A DNA stretch of 64,000 nucleotides from Paramoeba atlantica (Eukaryota > Protista > Discosea). The position numbers were made by a program, and so were the translations under genes. This document shows positions 32,494-44,334 of the stretch, piece by piece; within the stretch, counting starts at the first letter, position 1, and each line of letters opens with the position of its first letter. Location: assembly GCA_977017575.1 (NCBI GenBank), contig CDRNVI010000040.1, positions 868,001 through 932,000 of the forward strand. Reading direction: 5' to 3'. The notes beneath the pieces are model-generated. The model was given only the letters and a program-made list of their open reading frames with translations, ran no database searches and was not told the origin of the DNA.

Positions 32494-33489
32494 TGTGCCG
32501 CGAGGTGTACATTGAGGGTTAGGAAAAATGTAAAGAAAGGCGGGGGATAAAAAAGAAGGATAAATTTACTGTTAAAGGTTGGGTAAAATATAAAGAACGG
32601 AATGGAAATCGTAACGAAAATAAAGAAAACATAACGAAAAAGGAGGGCAAATAACCTTCTCGAGATTAGTAACCCGGGATACGATTATTTATTCACATAT
32701 TTATTTGAATATGCAACAAGTGAAATGTGCAGGACAGTATGCAGTTATCCTGTGCCATTCGGTGCTATCCTGTGCCATCCAGAGCGAAGATTTTTGGCAC
32801 AATGACCACCTATGGCGCTCGTCTTCATGTGGATCTTGGTACCCGTTTACCAGAAAAGGTAGGGTGGTTCCAAGCACTATACCCCTCCTGCTTATGAGTT
32901 CCCCGGTTTTGAGAAAAAGGAGCTCATAAGCGTACCAGACCAGAATTCGAGCCATAAAAACGCGAAAAATCGGGCCCACGGCGCGAAGCGTCGCGGGTTC
33001 TCCTTGACAATAATACTGGCGCTAAAATGATTATCCGCTCAGTGAGCGAGTCTGTAGAGCAGCCGGACGTACGGTTGTTGGGATTTTTATGAATTTAGGT
33101 TCTGTGCAAAAAAATGATCGCTTCGCGAAAAGTGGGTACAAAAACATTCGCCTTAGAAAAAGGAACTCATAAGCGCACCAGAATTGGGGGAACTCATAAG
33201 CAGTAACAACTATCAGTACAAGTTTGTAGTCGCTCCATTAAACGCGGTGGTTAACGTTTTTTTATATTACGTTACTTCTCTCCCATAAGTTCAAATGAGT
33301 TCATGACTCGAGGATAGTGAGGTGAAGAGAATCAGAAGAAGCCGTTCTTTCCGTACAATTCTTATCATAAACAATGAAATGGTCTAAGATAGTTTGCTTC
33401 AATTCATCATCACTACGACCGCGCCTTTTTCGCAAGAGAAGATTAGGGTAGCTGGAAGATTGTGCTTACTTACCTCCCCACTCGTGACG

Positions 33490-34213
33490 TCTATGGGGGG
33501 GTCCATGGGGGGGGCATACCGCACGATTTTTTTTTTTTTGAAAAAATTACTTTTTCGAAAAAAACCCGCAGAAGCGGTAGCCGGGGTCTTGGCGCGTATT
33601 TTCCACCCCCTTACCCTGGGGTGACCCCCCCGCGCATCCGCAGGACGGGTCCGCCAAGTTCGGATTTTTTCTGATTTTTTTTTTGAAAAAAATTCAACTT
33701 GGCGAAAAAAATGGCAAAAAAAATGTTTTTTAAAAATCGTTTCCCCTATTGTAATTTGATAGTTTGGGACCTATACTAGCTTTCTCGGTAGTTGGTTTCG
33801 CCAGATATCCCTTTTTGTAGCCGTGGTATGCCCCTTAAAATGACCCATTTTTGACCAAAAAAGGTGAAAAAATATTTTTCGGACCCCAAGGGGCCTTTTT
33901 GTGTCGAAAGAATGGTATGGCTAGAGTCGCATTCTCTACCCAATGCGTTCGGTAGGCTTTCATTCATGCCTACAAGTGATTTCCCACACGCAAATGTCGG
34001 ATTTAGTGCTCTGAGAATACAAATACCCGAAAATGACCCTATTTTTACCCGAAATTCGGCTATTTTTGGCTATAATCTTTCTGTTTTCCAGGCCAAATTT
34101 TCTTTTTTAGGCTCTTCGTTAAACGCGGCGGTAGTTTTCAACGCGAAGCGCGCAGCATGAGTGACTTCTAAGTTGAAAATAACCACCGCGTTTAACGAAG
34201 AGCCTAAAAAAGA
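33490..34213 (-). mobile_element. Hairpin family subfamily 1 (copy H5, truncated)
   Basis: Colinear with H1; hairpin at ~34100-34213. Confidence 0.85.
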
Positions 34214-34335
34214 TTCAGAAACAATTTCCCAAGTGGTTTCTTGACATTTCATCTCTTCCGAATGGCGCTTCAAGCATTCGGATGCGACAGTTTCCATGAT
34301 GTGATTTTGAAGTGAAAAGACTTATTTGGATATTA

Positions 34336-34633
34336 CCGTAGACCCCCCCAGTAATAGAATCGATTTTGGGTCAAAATGGCCAAATCCTTATTACTGGGGG
34401 GGTATGCTTTTTGGGTGAGAAAAGACATTTTTTGTACATGAGTGCGTTGATTTTCAGTCCATCCAACCCCGCAACCACGCCATTCGCTCCCTCGCAACCG
34501 CCCTCACCCCGCCCAGCCACCATCACCCGCTCAAACACCCCCCCCCCCTCCAACGACCCTCCCGAGCCAAATCTCTGTTACTGGGGGTCAGCCGAAAAAG
34601 GGTCAAATCCTTGCCACTGGGGGGGATCTACGG
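34336..34633. mobile_element. pogo-type MITE, TIR CCGTA.ACCCCCCCAGT, TA TSD
   Basis: TA at 34334-35 and 34634-35; an empty homologous site is at ~37045-37080; relatives at 64-136, ~60860-61080 and 63284-63605. Confidence 0.85.
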
Positions 34634-35090
34634 TAAAGTGCTATTTGGATATTAAAGTGCTATTTGGATATTAAGGCGCATTTGGATATTAAACCGCACC
34701 CCGGGTTAGAATACACGTGGAAAATCACATTTCTAGAACCCAGGCTAAAGTGGACGAGGGAGATACTAAAAGCACCTTTGGCAAAATACCACAAACGTAG
34801 AACATTATCTCCTGTTAAAGATTCCTTTTTCGCATCAGAACGCTTTACAAACCGGGAGATACCGTTCCAGTTTTGTGGTAGTTTGCCAAAGGTGCTTTTT
34901 GTATCTCCCTAGTCCATTTTAGCCTGGGTTACATAGCCATCGGAACATTCTCCCTAGGACTCCTTACAGATTCCCACGCGAGGAAGTCGGCCTTGCGTGT
35001 CACACACTTCCTGTTGAAGTGTGGCCACCGCAGGTGTACTAACAGCACATGGGGAAGAAGCATCGAATGAAGCGACAGTGTATACAGGTA

Positions 35091-36757
35091 CAGTAACTAA
35101 CAAAAGTGTTCAAATGTTTTCACAAATTTTAATGTTTTTATATTTTACAAAAGAGATGCAGAGGATAATGCAGTAGTATATTACAGTAGTGTAGGCTGGA
35201 GTAGTGCTTACATTCCCACGTACTTAGACTTCATCAACGATCTTACAATAAAAAACTATGAAAGATATAATGCGATCCCAACACTTGAACACTTTTTTCA
35301 CTTTTTTGAGATTATTTTTTTTTGACCAAAACTTTGCCTTACTTCACCCTTACCAAACCAAAATGACCAAAACTTAATACTTCGTAAGTCCCCCCTTCGC
35401 CCTAATTACTGCCCTTAAACGACGGGGCATGCTGCGGACAAGAGGAAGACATGCACTCGGAGGAAGGCCTGCCCACGCTTTTTGGGCGCGTTCCCAAAGT
35501 TCCAACATTCCTACGGGAGGATCTGAATGATCCGCAGTCGGCTTTTTGAGCTCGCCCCATAGGTGCTCTATGGGATTTAAATCGGGAGACTGCGGGGGCC
35601 AGTCTAGGACACACAATTCTTGTAAACGAAGGAATTCCCGGGCCTTCTTACTCGTGTGCTTTGGATCATATCTTGTTGGAAGATGATCCGATCCTTCATG
35701 ACTTCCAACTTGTGGAGGGAAGGAGACAAATTCGGGCCCCAAACCATTCGGGTTTCCCTTCGGAAGCGTGGTTTGAAGGGAAGAAGAAATTACGGAAACC
35801 CCACCTTACGAAGCGTCACAAAGCTCTACGTCTTGCCTTTGCAAAGAAGTATGAGCATTGGACGAACGCCGACTGGAGCCGTGTGCTTTTCACTGATGAA
35901 AGTAAGATCTGCCGTTTCGAGTCGAATGGCAGCCGGTGGGCGTGCGTGGGTGAGCTTTGGGGAAGCACTTTCAGAGCGAAATACACACAGCACCGTGAAG
36001 TACGGTGGGGGATCCATCATGGTATGGGGGTGTATGATGGCTCACGGCGTGGGCTCCATTGCTCTGGTTCATGGCAACATGAATGCTGAACAGTACGTTC
36101 AAATACTTCAACAGAATTTGTCTCCTTCCCTCCACAAGTTGGAAGTCATGAAGGACCGGATCATCTTCCAACAAGATAATGATCCAAAGCACACGAGTAA
36201 GAAGGCCCGGGAATTCCTTCGTTTACAAGAATTGTGTGTCCTAGACTGGCCCCCGCAGTCTCCCGATTTAAATCCCATAGAGCACCTATGGGGCGAGCTC
36301 AAAAAGTCGACTGCGGATCATCCAGATCCTCCCGTAGGAATGTTGGAACTTTGGGAACGCGCCCAAAAAGCGTGGGCAGGCCTTCCTCCGAGTGCATGTC
36401 TTCCTCTTGTCCGCAGCATGCCCCGTCGTTTAAGGGCAGTAATTAGGGCGAAGGGGGGACTTACAAAGTATTAAGTTTTGGTCATTTTGGTTTGGTAAGG
36501 GTGAAGTAAGGCAAAGTTTTGGTCAAAAAAAAATAATCTCAAAAAAGTGAAAAAAGTGTTCAAGTGTTGGGATCGCATTATATCTTTCATAGTTTTTTAT
36601 TGTAAGATCGTTGATGAAGTCTAAGTACGTGGGAATGTAAGCACTACTCCAGCCTACACTACTGTAATATACTACTGCATTATCCTCTGCATCTCTTTTG
36701 TAAAATATAAAAACATTAAAATTTGTGAAAACATTTGAACACTTTTGTTAGTTACTG
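35091..36757. mobile_element. Palindromic Tc1 derivative made of two 3' halves head-to-head
   Basis: CAGTAACTAAC... at both ends with TA; arms ~35091-35732 and ~36115-36757; frameshifted transposase fragments on both strands. Confidence 0.9.
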
Positions 36758-37137
36758 TATATCAGGCTCCAAACTCTCGAAAAACGGTCTAGATTAGAAG
36801 ATTGCTATGATCACCCTGGTGGGGAGGGGGTGGGGGCAGGGGGTATCCATCCGAATTGTTGAAAAACTAATGAATTTGTCACTCAATTCGATTCACACAT
36901 CTTTGTAAACATTTTTTACGAAAACTCACCTGAAACGATATCGGGCACGAAGTCGGTCCACAAATCGGGCCACAAATCTTCCGAATGGCGCTTCAAGCAT
37001 TCGGATGCGACAGTTTCCATGATGTGATTTTGAAGTGAAAAAACCTATTTGGATGTTAAAGCGCATTTGGATATTAAACCGCACCCCGGGTTAGAATACA
37101 CGTGGAAAATCACGTTTCTAGAACATGATAACATTTC

Positions 37138-37375
37138 TAGAATATAAAGAGGAAAATAGTAATATAATACAAGAAAAAAATATATAAAAGGGGGCTCCGG
37201 TGGTCCAAAACTGAAAAAAAATTGAAAAAAATGGGGGGTCCATGGGGGGGCATACGTCAAGATTTTTTTTTTCGAATTTTTTGCTTTTCAAAATCGAGCG
37301 CAGGGAAGTGTTAGAGTATGCCGCGGCGATGATTTTCTACCCCCCACCTGGGGTTACACCCCCCTCGTCTTCTTC
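37138..37375 (-). repeat. Hairpin family subfamily 2 terminal part (copy H6, L2-ACTTC-R2 junction)
   Basis: CGAGCGCAGG-GAAGT-GTTAGAGTATGCCGCGGCG at 37295-37328. Confidence 0.8.
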
Positions 37376-37379
37376 CTCT

Positions 37380-37990
37380 CCTAAACGATTTAAAGCAATT
37401 TCTATTAGTGTTTTTATGAAAATAATTGATTCTGCGGCTTCTGTATGTACAATATTTATTTCCCCCATATTTACTAATTCTCTCCATCGGTCTTCTATCG
37501 CAGTTTGCGTTCAGAATTTTCTCCCGGTGGGTTTTCCACGCGATCCTACTCCAGCGGTTCCTTCTGCGACTCTCCCCACTTCCGAGTTTTTTGCGCTCTC
37601 TTGGTTTCGTGAGTTTTTCTTTTCACTGGACACTGCCTTTTGGTAAACCGGTAGAATTTTTCCCCGCAGTCCGCCAGTCAACTTCGTTTCCTCAAGCAGT
37701 TGCGCGAAAAGGCGACAATCCCCGCCTTTCCATTTCACTCGGTACATAGCCAGACACGCTAGGATGTGGTCTCCCACTGGCAGGTATTCATCCGTTTTTC
37801 ACATCGCACCAATACAAGCAGACATCCGGGCCCAGGCCAACAACGACAATATCAGATCATTCTTAAGGTGCTCGTCCTGGTGGTAGCGTTTTGCCGTTCG
37901 TTCCGCGGTGCCAATATCAAAGTAGCGTCGTAAGTGACAGTCGAGGTCTATGAGGTTCCGCTCCCGTGTTTCAGCCGGTCCACGAATATA
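37380..37990 (-). pseudogene. Unidentified degraded ORF with in-frame TGA
   Basis: Open frame ...MSACIGAM*KTDEYLPVGDHILAC... continues across one stop. Confidence 0.35.
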
Positions 37991-38205
37991 CTGTATGTAG
38001 TATAGGGTCGATCATGTGTTTTTGGAACGGTTCTCCAGTCTTCTGAATATTCCTGTGATACATGTTACATACACGTTACTGCGATACAGGAAGATCTCAC
38101 GTGATCTCGCATGATCTTGTCTTTGGCCTCATCCGCATCCCCTCAGATCTTGTTTTAGTTTTGATTCACTCAATCGTAATTTCGTATTGCAAGGAATACG
38201 TGTGG

Positions 38206-39021
38206 CTATTTTAAAACTATGCCTGTGCCCTCAAAAACAAAAAGTTTCATACTCTCGTAAATGGATTGATCAACTTCGCCATAAAGTCCAAAGTTCCCAT
38301 CCACGCGAAGCGTTTTCAACGTTACAGGTAATTTGTCAAACTGCACGAGACCACTGAAGCAGTTGCGTTGACAATACATGTGTTCAAGAGCTGGAGGTAA
38401 ATGCTGCAGTCTTAGCAACCTCGTGAATTTGTTTCCTGACACACTAAGGAACCTGAGTTTGGACGGCAGGTTCGTCGTATCAATATCCCCGGAAAGAAGA
38501 TTGCCCTCAACATTTAAAATTTCTAAGCTCTCTGGAAGATGGGTTAAATCCAGGCGTCCCTCAAAATTGTTCGCGTTCAATTCCAATAGACGTAATCCGT
38601 GGGGCAAATGTCCTAAGTCTAATCCACCAGAATGCTCGTTCCAAGCAAGATCCAATTCCATAAGCAGTGGCGGCAGTACGTCGATTGGCAATGTTCCTGT
38701 AAGCTTCCACATGCTAAACCTTTGGAGAGTTTCCGGAAGCCATTGCCATTGTAGTGATCCGTGGTATTTCGTGTACTGTGTATCGATTTTTGTGATGTGC
38801 TTTCCATCATCACAAGTCACACTTCGCCATTCGCACGCAGGAGTCAATGTGTTCCAGGAGGTGTGGGGATTTTTGATATCTGCCATAAGCTTTGCAAGAT
38901 GATATTCCTGTGGGAGGTTTGCCCCTCGTACTTTACCAGCAGACCTGTGCTGAACATCTGCGCTTCGAACTACGGAACGAAGCACGCCGGTACATTCTGA
39001 ATCTGTGAATGTTCCGTACAT
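38206..39021 (-). CDS. Short LRR protein (close paralog of 58861-59676)
   Basis: GKVRGANLPQEYHL cap, 6-7 LRR units. Confidence 0.9.
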   Translation of the reverse strand: MYGTFTDSECTGVLRSVVRSADVQHRSAGKVRGANLPQEYHLAKLMADIKNPHTSWNTLTPACEWRSVTCDDGKHITKIDTQYTKYHGSLQWQWLPETLQRFSMWKLTGTLPIDVLPPLLMELDLAWNEHSGGLDLGHLPHGLRLLELNANNFEGRLDLTHLPESLEILNVEGNLLSGDIDTTNLPSKLRFLSVSGNKFTRLLRLQHLPPALEHMYCQRNCFSGLVQFDKLPVTLKTLRVDGNFGLYGEVDQSIYESMKLFVFEGTGIVLK

Positions 39022-39271
39022 TATGAAATGAAAGCTTCCTCAGAGAAATGAAAACTCTTAGAAGGTATAAAAGTGAAAAATAAAATGAGGAGGAGCGCAC
39101 ACACTTAATAAGTGCGTGCACTTTAAGTCTTAAAGTATAAGTTTGCATAATACAAGAACATGTTGTCCCCAATATCAAAATAAGCTGAAGAGTAGTGCAC
39201 TGTAGGATCACCTGATCTGTTTTGTGTGAGTAATCGTAGCTTCGCTTTGATCAAAGCTTCGTAGGGGTTGT

Positions 39272-41551
39272 CTACGGGCGACCCGTTTCATGGTCGAACC
39301 GTTCAAGAATTCGTTTTACTAAGAGAAACGCTTCGTTGTCTTGAACATGAGTTGCACTGAAGGAGCCATTCTGATCGATACTGAGCTCGGACAATACATT
39401 CCCGTCGCCAAGCGCACTCTGCGCTAAGCCTTCAGTTGCACCTTTGTCCGGGGTGCGGATACTGAAATCCAAGGCCTCGTGTGCAGGTGTAGACGAAAGC
39501 GCAGACCCGCAACGAAAATGTTGTGCCGCACGGAGAAGAAAGGGCCTACATACCTGTATGACCTTTGACCGCCTTTCTTTGTCAACCTCGTGGAGCAGGT
39601 TCATGCCAGTGCTAAGGACGAGCTCCAGCGTCTCACAGATTTCTGTTGCCGAAGGAGCGCCCTGATGCCCTCCCAGTTCTCTATAGAACCCCTTTACACC
39701 CTCCCCTGCCTCATACTGCCCCAGCATGGTGTGCGCCTCCGCCAAGCGCTTTTCATCCTCCCCCGACCGCTCCTCCCCCGACCTCCCCCCCACAGCCTCC
39801 ACAAACCCCGTCAACAGCTCCGCCGCCCGTACCGCATACCGCGGCGTCTCCCTCCCCTCCTCCCACGCGAGACACCCCGCCGCAAACCCCCACCCCTCCC
39901 TCTCCTCCCTCGACCCCCCGCCCTCCCCCTCCCCCACCCCCCGCGCGTACGCCTCGATCGCCTGCCGTCTCTTCCCCATCCCCCGCTGCACCCTTGCCAG
40001 GGCCCCCCACGCCCTGCCGCGGGCCCCACTACTACCGCCGCCGCCCACGCGCAGGGCGCAGCGGTAGTAGTGCTCCGCGTGGGGGGGGCTGCCGAGGCGC
40101 TCGTAGGCGTGGGCGAGCCCGTGGTAGGCGGGGGGGGACGCGGGGTCGCGCTCGAGGGCCTCGGCGTGGGCGCGGAGCGCGGGGAGGGGGCGGCGGGCCT
40201 CGAGCAGGGCGTCCCCGAGGAGCACCCAGGGGGTCGGGGGGTCGGGGTCCGCGAGCACGGCCCGGAGGAAGTGGGGGGCGGCGCAGCGGCGGGAGAGCGC
40301 GGAGAGGTTGCCGCGGGCGACGTGGGTGTGGGGGTGGGAGGGGGCGGCGCGGGTGGCGGAGTGGGTGAGGGCGGAGAGGGCGCGGTGGTCGCGGAGGAGG
40401 AGGAGGAGGTGGGAGTGGGCGGCGACGTGGTCGAGGCGGCCAGGGTCCAGGGAGGCGATGGTGGTGTAGAGCGCGGAGGCGGCGGGGAGGCGGTGGAGAC
40501 GGAGGGTGGCGTCGGCTTTCTGGGTGAGGAGGTAGCAGGAGGAGGGGAAGGTTTTTTCAAGGCACTCGTAGTCGAGAAGGGCGGCGTGGGGGTTGTGTTC
40601 ACGGGAGAGTTTGTAGTTGGCTCGGGCAAGGAAGAGGAGAGGGTCAAGGGTGGGGGAGGGGGGGTGGTGGGGTGAGGGGCACAGGTCACGGATGGTGTTG
40701 GCGTGGCGAACTAACAGGTTCCACGCGCTCCATAACGCTGGGCAGTAGCCTACGGTGCTCTGGAGAAGTGAAAGAATCTCTGAATTCGGCGTCTTTAACT
40801 CCACACTCAGCAAAGCTTGCAGGTAGGTGGAAAATCCAGCAAGGGCAGTGTCGTCCTGTTTTGGGAATCTGGATTTCTCCAACTCCTCAGTTCGTTTTTC
40901 ATTTTCTTTATTCCCACCCGGCACGTCTCCGGAGTTTAAGAATTGATTAAGAGAACGATACACGTCGTAAAACTCGGAGTAAAACAGTTCCTCATGAGTA
41001 CTGCTCGACGCGTCTGAGGGCGCCGAAGACAGTGGCAACTTTCCTGTAGAGCGATTACGAATAGGCGAAGGTGAATGTGGGGATAAGTTAAGTGGTGAGG
41101 CGCTTTGGCTTTTCGTCGTGGTGGCGAAATGTGCTGATTCTGTGATTCCTTTCTCCACGCTCTCTTGTACTTGAGTCCGTACTGATGCGAGTTTTCTTCC
41201 TCGGACGGATAAATACCAGGAGTAGTGCCCAAGTAGAGCAATCTCGGGTGAAATTATCCTTATCTCATCGTTCAGAAGTAGAAGTCTACAGCGTTCGTAT
41301 TCACCTAAATCGTACGCCGCACGCGCCAGTCTTTCCCGTGGACTTGTCCGGTGTTGAGCTGCAGAGGTGTAATCTGATGACACATCTGCAAACCCTTTTT
41401 TGGTTTGTTGGTGATTCGTGAATCCCTCGTTGTTTTGAACGGCCGACATACCGTTTATGAGGTCACTCAACCAGAGAGAGTCGTCCAGAAGCCCAAGATT
41501 ACGCATCGTCTCTTGTTCAGTGGTTAACTTGTCATAAAGCATGTGTGTCAT
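39272..41551 (-). CDS. CDC23: APC/C subunit CDC23/APC8-like TPR protein, highly GC-biased
   Basis: AYDLGEYERC..HYSWYLS N-terminal block, P.LWSAW, FPSS.YLL.Q.A, DP.RLD, PWVLLGD, AYHGLAHAYE TPR pattern. Confidence 0.7.
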   Translation of the reverse strand: MTHMLYDKLTTEQETMRNLGLLDDSLWLSDLINGMSAVQNNEGFTNHQQTKKGFADVSSDYTSAAQHRTSPRERLARAAYDLGEYERCRLLLLNDEIRIISPEIALLGHYSWYLSVRGRKLASVRTQVQESVEKGITESAHFATTTKSQSASPLNLSPHSPSPIRNRSTGKLPLSSAPSDASSSTHEELFYSEFYDVYRSLNQFLNSGDVPGGNKENEKRTEELEKSRFPKQDDTALAGFSTYLQALLSVELKTPNSEILSLLQSTVGYCPALWSAWNLLVRHANTIRDLCPSPHHPPSPTLDPLLFLARANYKLSREHNPHAALLDYECLEKTFPSSCYLLTQKADATLRLHRLPAASALYTTIASLDPGRLDHVAAHSHLLLLLRDHRALSALTHSATRAAPSHPHTHVARGNLSALSRRCAAPHFLRAVLADPDPPTPWVLLGDALLEARRPLPALRAHAEALERDPASPPAYHGLAHAYERLGSPPHAEHYYRCALRVGGGGSSGARGRAWGALARVQRGMGKRRQAIEAYARGVGEGEGGGSREEREGWGFAAGCLAWEEGRETPRYAVRAAELLTGFVEAVGGRSGEERSGEDEKRLAEAHTMLGQYEAGEGVKGFYRELGGHQGAPSATEICETLELVLSTGMNLLHEVDKERRSKVIQVCRPFLLRAAQHFRCGSALSSTPAHEALDFSIRTPDKGATEGLAQSALGDGNVLSELSIDQNGSFSATHVQDNEAFLLVKRILERFDHETGRP

Positions 41552-42081
41552 TTTTATAAGAGTATATTTCTTGAGGTACGCTCAGCTCCATATTCCGACG
41601 ATGAATATTTTTTTCCCACCATAAAATACATACTGGCATATATTTTCAAAATAAAGATGCTTGAAGATTGTGAATGGTGCATCCTTCACCGTATCACAAA
41701 AGGCAAATATCATTACGAAAGAGGGAATAGGTGCAAACAAAGAGTGCCATCCTGCAGTGAAGAGAGGAAAACAAGTAGGACCTTCAAAGCATCCTCATAA
41801 GTCCGATAAAGTCGTTTCGCTGCAGACGTTGTTTTTTAAGAATGCAAGCCCGGAAGGAACATTTCCGGGCACTCTTGCTGGCTCTGGACCCAATGCAGTC
41901 CCCGGGTGGCCCGTAGTGGACTAAGTGGCACAAGACGACCCACAGTGGCCCATAGTGGCCCCAAAAATCGAGCGTCGCCGGAGAATCGTGACGACATAGA
42001 GGCAAGTGATTCTCTGATAAGTAGCGTACCTAGCTAAGTATAGTGAGGAGGGGCAACTGTATATGAGCGTAGAGTGTATGA

Positions 42082-43263
42082 TCATAGGGGGTTATTGGTT
42101 GAGTGCTGGTGGGGGGATTGTTGTTCACGAAAAAAAACATACGCATCAAGATTTTTAGGATACGTGTATTTGTCCATCGGACCTGTGATAGTAGAACTGT
42201 CAGATACTCCATATCTGGAAGATTGTCCTTTGTGCTCTATTATCTTCTTTTTAACTGCTTCCACTTTCTCAGGGGTAAGAGGTGGATATCTTCCTTGAGG
42301 TCCATGTTTATGAAACACTTCCATGTTATGAACCATGAGAGCGCACGAAAAAGCATAGTAAAGAAAATCTGGACTACGAGTCCACTGCTTAAAAGCCAGC
42401 CATTTGCCACAGCACGAACGAGAAAAAATGTGTTCGACCCGCGATCTAAAGTGAGCCAACTTTTCATTGAAGCACATTTTACCATCTGCTTCTGAATCAT
42501 GATGTTTCTGCATAGACTTAGATTTTGGGCGCTTCGAACACCAAATTTTGGCTTTAGAATGGGGTACTATTAATCTATCAGTAAGACCTTCGTAAAATCC
42601 CCCGTCAGCAAGAGCGCGAACACGATTGTGTGCCAGAAAATCCAGAATACCACTACAGTCCTGAATAACGGCGTCGGATGAGGCTCCACAGTACAATGTG
42701 TCTGCTGTGAAGCAAACATACTCAGACATTGTAGATGCTACGAGCGCTTTCACGACGTGTGTAGCATATTTGGGTTGATAGCAGTGAGGCAAGCTATCAA
42801 CGTACAGTGGCACTGTGTCCATCACCACCTTTATGTCCTTATCCCAAAAAGGAAGAACTGCGTTTGATTCATGGTGCAAAATATCAGAATCCAAACAAAG
42901 CCATGTATCCTTCATATCGGAATGCAGTTTTTTAAAAAACGCGGGTATCTTGTCAGAACAAGAACGTTCAGACCAACCGGTTCCGAATTTCAAGGATATG
43001 AGTTCTGATACAATGTCGTAGCTACCCCCACACCGCAAAAAAAGAAAGCTCGCAAAAATTTCTTCAAAGGGATAAAATTGTTTTAGAAAGGTGAGAGCGC
43101 GATGCGTTAAACCGCATAAAGACAACTCTGAATATTTATTTTCGTAGGGAGCATCAGGTTCAGGTGCATCGCCGGATGTATCAGGTGGTGCGTCACGGGT
43201 TTCAGATATATTAACGGGTGTGTCATATTCCGGGGTGTCAATACGGCCAAGCATCAGTATCAA
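42082..43263 (-). CDS. PIF/Harbinger-type (DDE_Tnp_4) transposase
   Basis: FTADT, ALADGGF, FNEKLAHFRSRVEHIF motifs. Confidence 0.8.
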   Translation of the reverse strand: MILMLGRIDTPEYDTPVNISETRDAPPDTSGDAPEPDAPYENKYSELSLCGLTHRALTFLKQFYPFEEIFASFLFLRCGGSYDIVSELISLKFGTGWSERSCSDKIPAFFKKLHSDMKDTWLCLDSDILHHESNAVLPFWDKDIKVVMDTVPLYVDSLPHCYQPKYATHVVKALVASTMSEYVCFTADTLYCGASSDAVIQDCSGILDFLAHNRVRALADGGFYEGLTDRLIVPHSKAKIWCSKRPKSKSMQKHHDSEADGKMCFNEKLAHFRSRVEHIFSRSCCGKWLAFKQWTRSPDFLYYAFSCALMVHNMEVFHKHGPQGRYPPLTPEKVEAVKKKIIEHKGQSSRYGVSDSSTITGPMDKYTYPKNLDAYVFFREQQSPHQHSTNNPL

Positions 43264-43437
43264 GTAGAGGAAAGATTATTATGATTTTATTAGAGGAAAG
43301 AAAGATTCTATATTAAATAAAATTCTTTGATTTACGATTTTTTTTTTCGAATTCCTTACTTCCAAATTCCTTACTTGCAACTTTTTCACTTACAACATAA
43401 CCGCTTAAAACTTACTTGCGATTTACAGTCCTACAAC

Positions 43438-44334
43438 TTACTTACGACTTTTAAAATGCAAAGTGTTCGAACTTGAAGTTGAAGCAATGCGGGAAACGCG
43501 TTGCCGCTTCGGATTGCTGACCAGGTTTTCATCGTTCCGAACTTCAACTATCTCAACTTCCTGATCTGCGGCAGTCAAAGTTTGACGAGGAGGTCGGGCA
43601 ACGTGAATAAGATGAGCATTCGAAGTCTTTCCCTTCTTGAGAATCCGCAGTTGAACAAGGTCGTCCCGGATAGAAAGAAGTTCAGTAGGAACATTCTCCT
43701 CCATTGAATTGCCAAGTTTGTCCATAATCTCACCCTGAACTTGGTGAACAAACTTTCGATCAATTTCAAATGTTGAGTCACCTAGAACCGACAAAAAACT
43801 TGCTACCAACGCAGTCTTTGTGTCTCTCAGAACCTTCTTTTCATTGGCGCGCTTGCCCTCATACAAGTTCCAGAGGTTTCGCAAAAACTCCTGCAGAGAG
43901 CCCCGCTCCTCTGGATGCAACGCATGGTTAAAATACGAGCAAACTGCTTCGGCCGAACGCGGGATATATCTTTTTATAGAAACATCTTTTGCCCTTTTAA
44001 TAAGAATAAGGATGTGGGCCACATGTCCGAACGCAAGCTTCGTACCGCAGAGCATGCGACCCACGTACTCAGCACATGCGTTAAGAACATTTTCTTCCTT
44101 CAGACCACGAGCATAAATGTGGTCTAAGGTGTTGGCGGGAAGTCGTTCTCCATCTTGAGGGGAATTGCACAACGGACAGTAGTTTGAACCTATGAGAACT
44201 GAAACCCTGTGACACTGAATACAGGGGTCCTTTACATCGCATTCGATGGGACAGGCACACATTACACACCTTCGGGGTTCTCCAAGACTTACGTTACGGT
44301 CTGCTTTGCAGCGTGGACAAAACATTTTTTCCAT
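43438..44334 (-). CDS. Accessory ORF with N-terminal multi-CxxC zinc ribbon, upstream of the Harbinger transposase
   Basis: CPRC..CVMC..CIQC..CPLC; AT-rich like the transposase, no GC island. Confidence 0.6.
   Translation of the reverse strand: MEKMFCPRCKADRNVSLGEPRRCVMCACPIECDVKDPCIQCHRVSVLIGSNYCPLCNSPQDGERLPANTLDHIYARGLKEENVLNACAEYVGRMLCGTKLAFGHVAHILILIKRAKDVSIKRYIPRSAEAVCSYFNHALHPEERGSLQEFLRNLWNLYEGKRANEKKVLRDTKTALVASFLSVLGDSTFEIDRKFVHQVQGEIMDKLGNSMEENVPTELLSIRDDLVQLRILKKGKTSNAHLIHVARPPRQTLTAADQEVEIVEVRNDENLVSNPKRQRVSRIASTSSSNTLHFKSRK

Noticed and set aside
37780-37830. Stop-codon reassignment (in-frame TGA)
   Set aside because: Conserved genes here end in TGA, TAA and TAG at the expected positions, so a pseudogene is the simpler explanation.
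39590-40689. Long Pro/Gly/Arg-rich ORFs overlapping CDC23, and similar antisense ORFs in STI1, RPL9, DnaJ and HDAC
   Set aside because: These are expected shadows of very high GC content (few stop codons).
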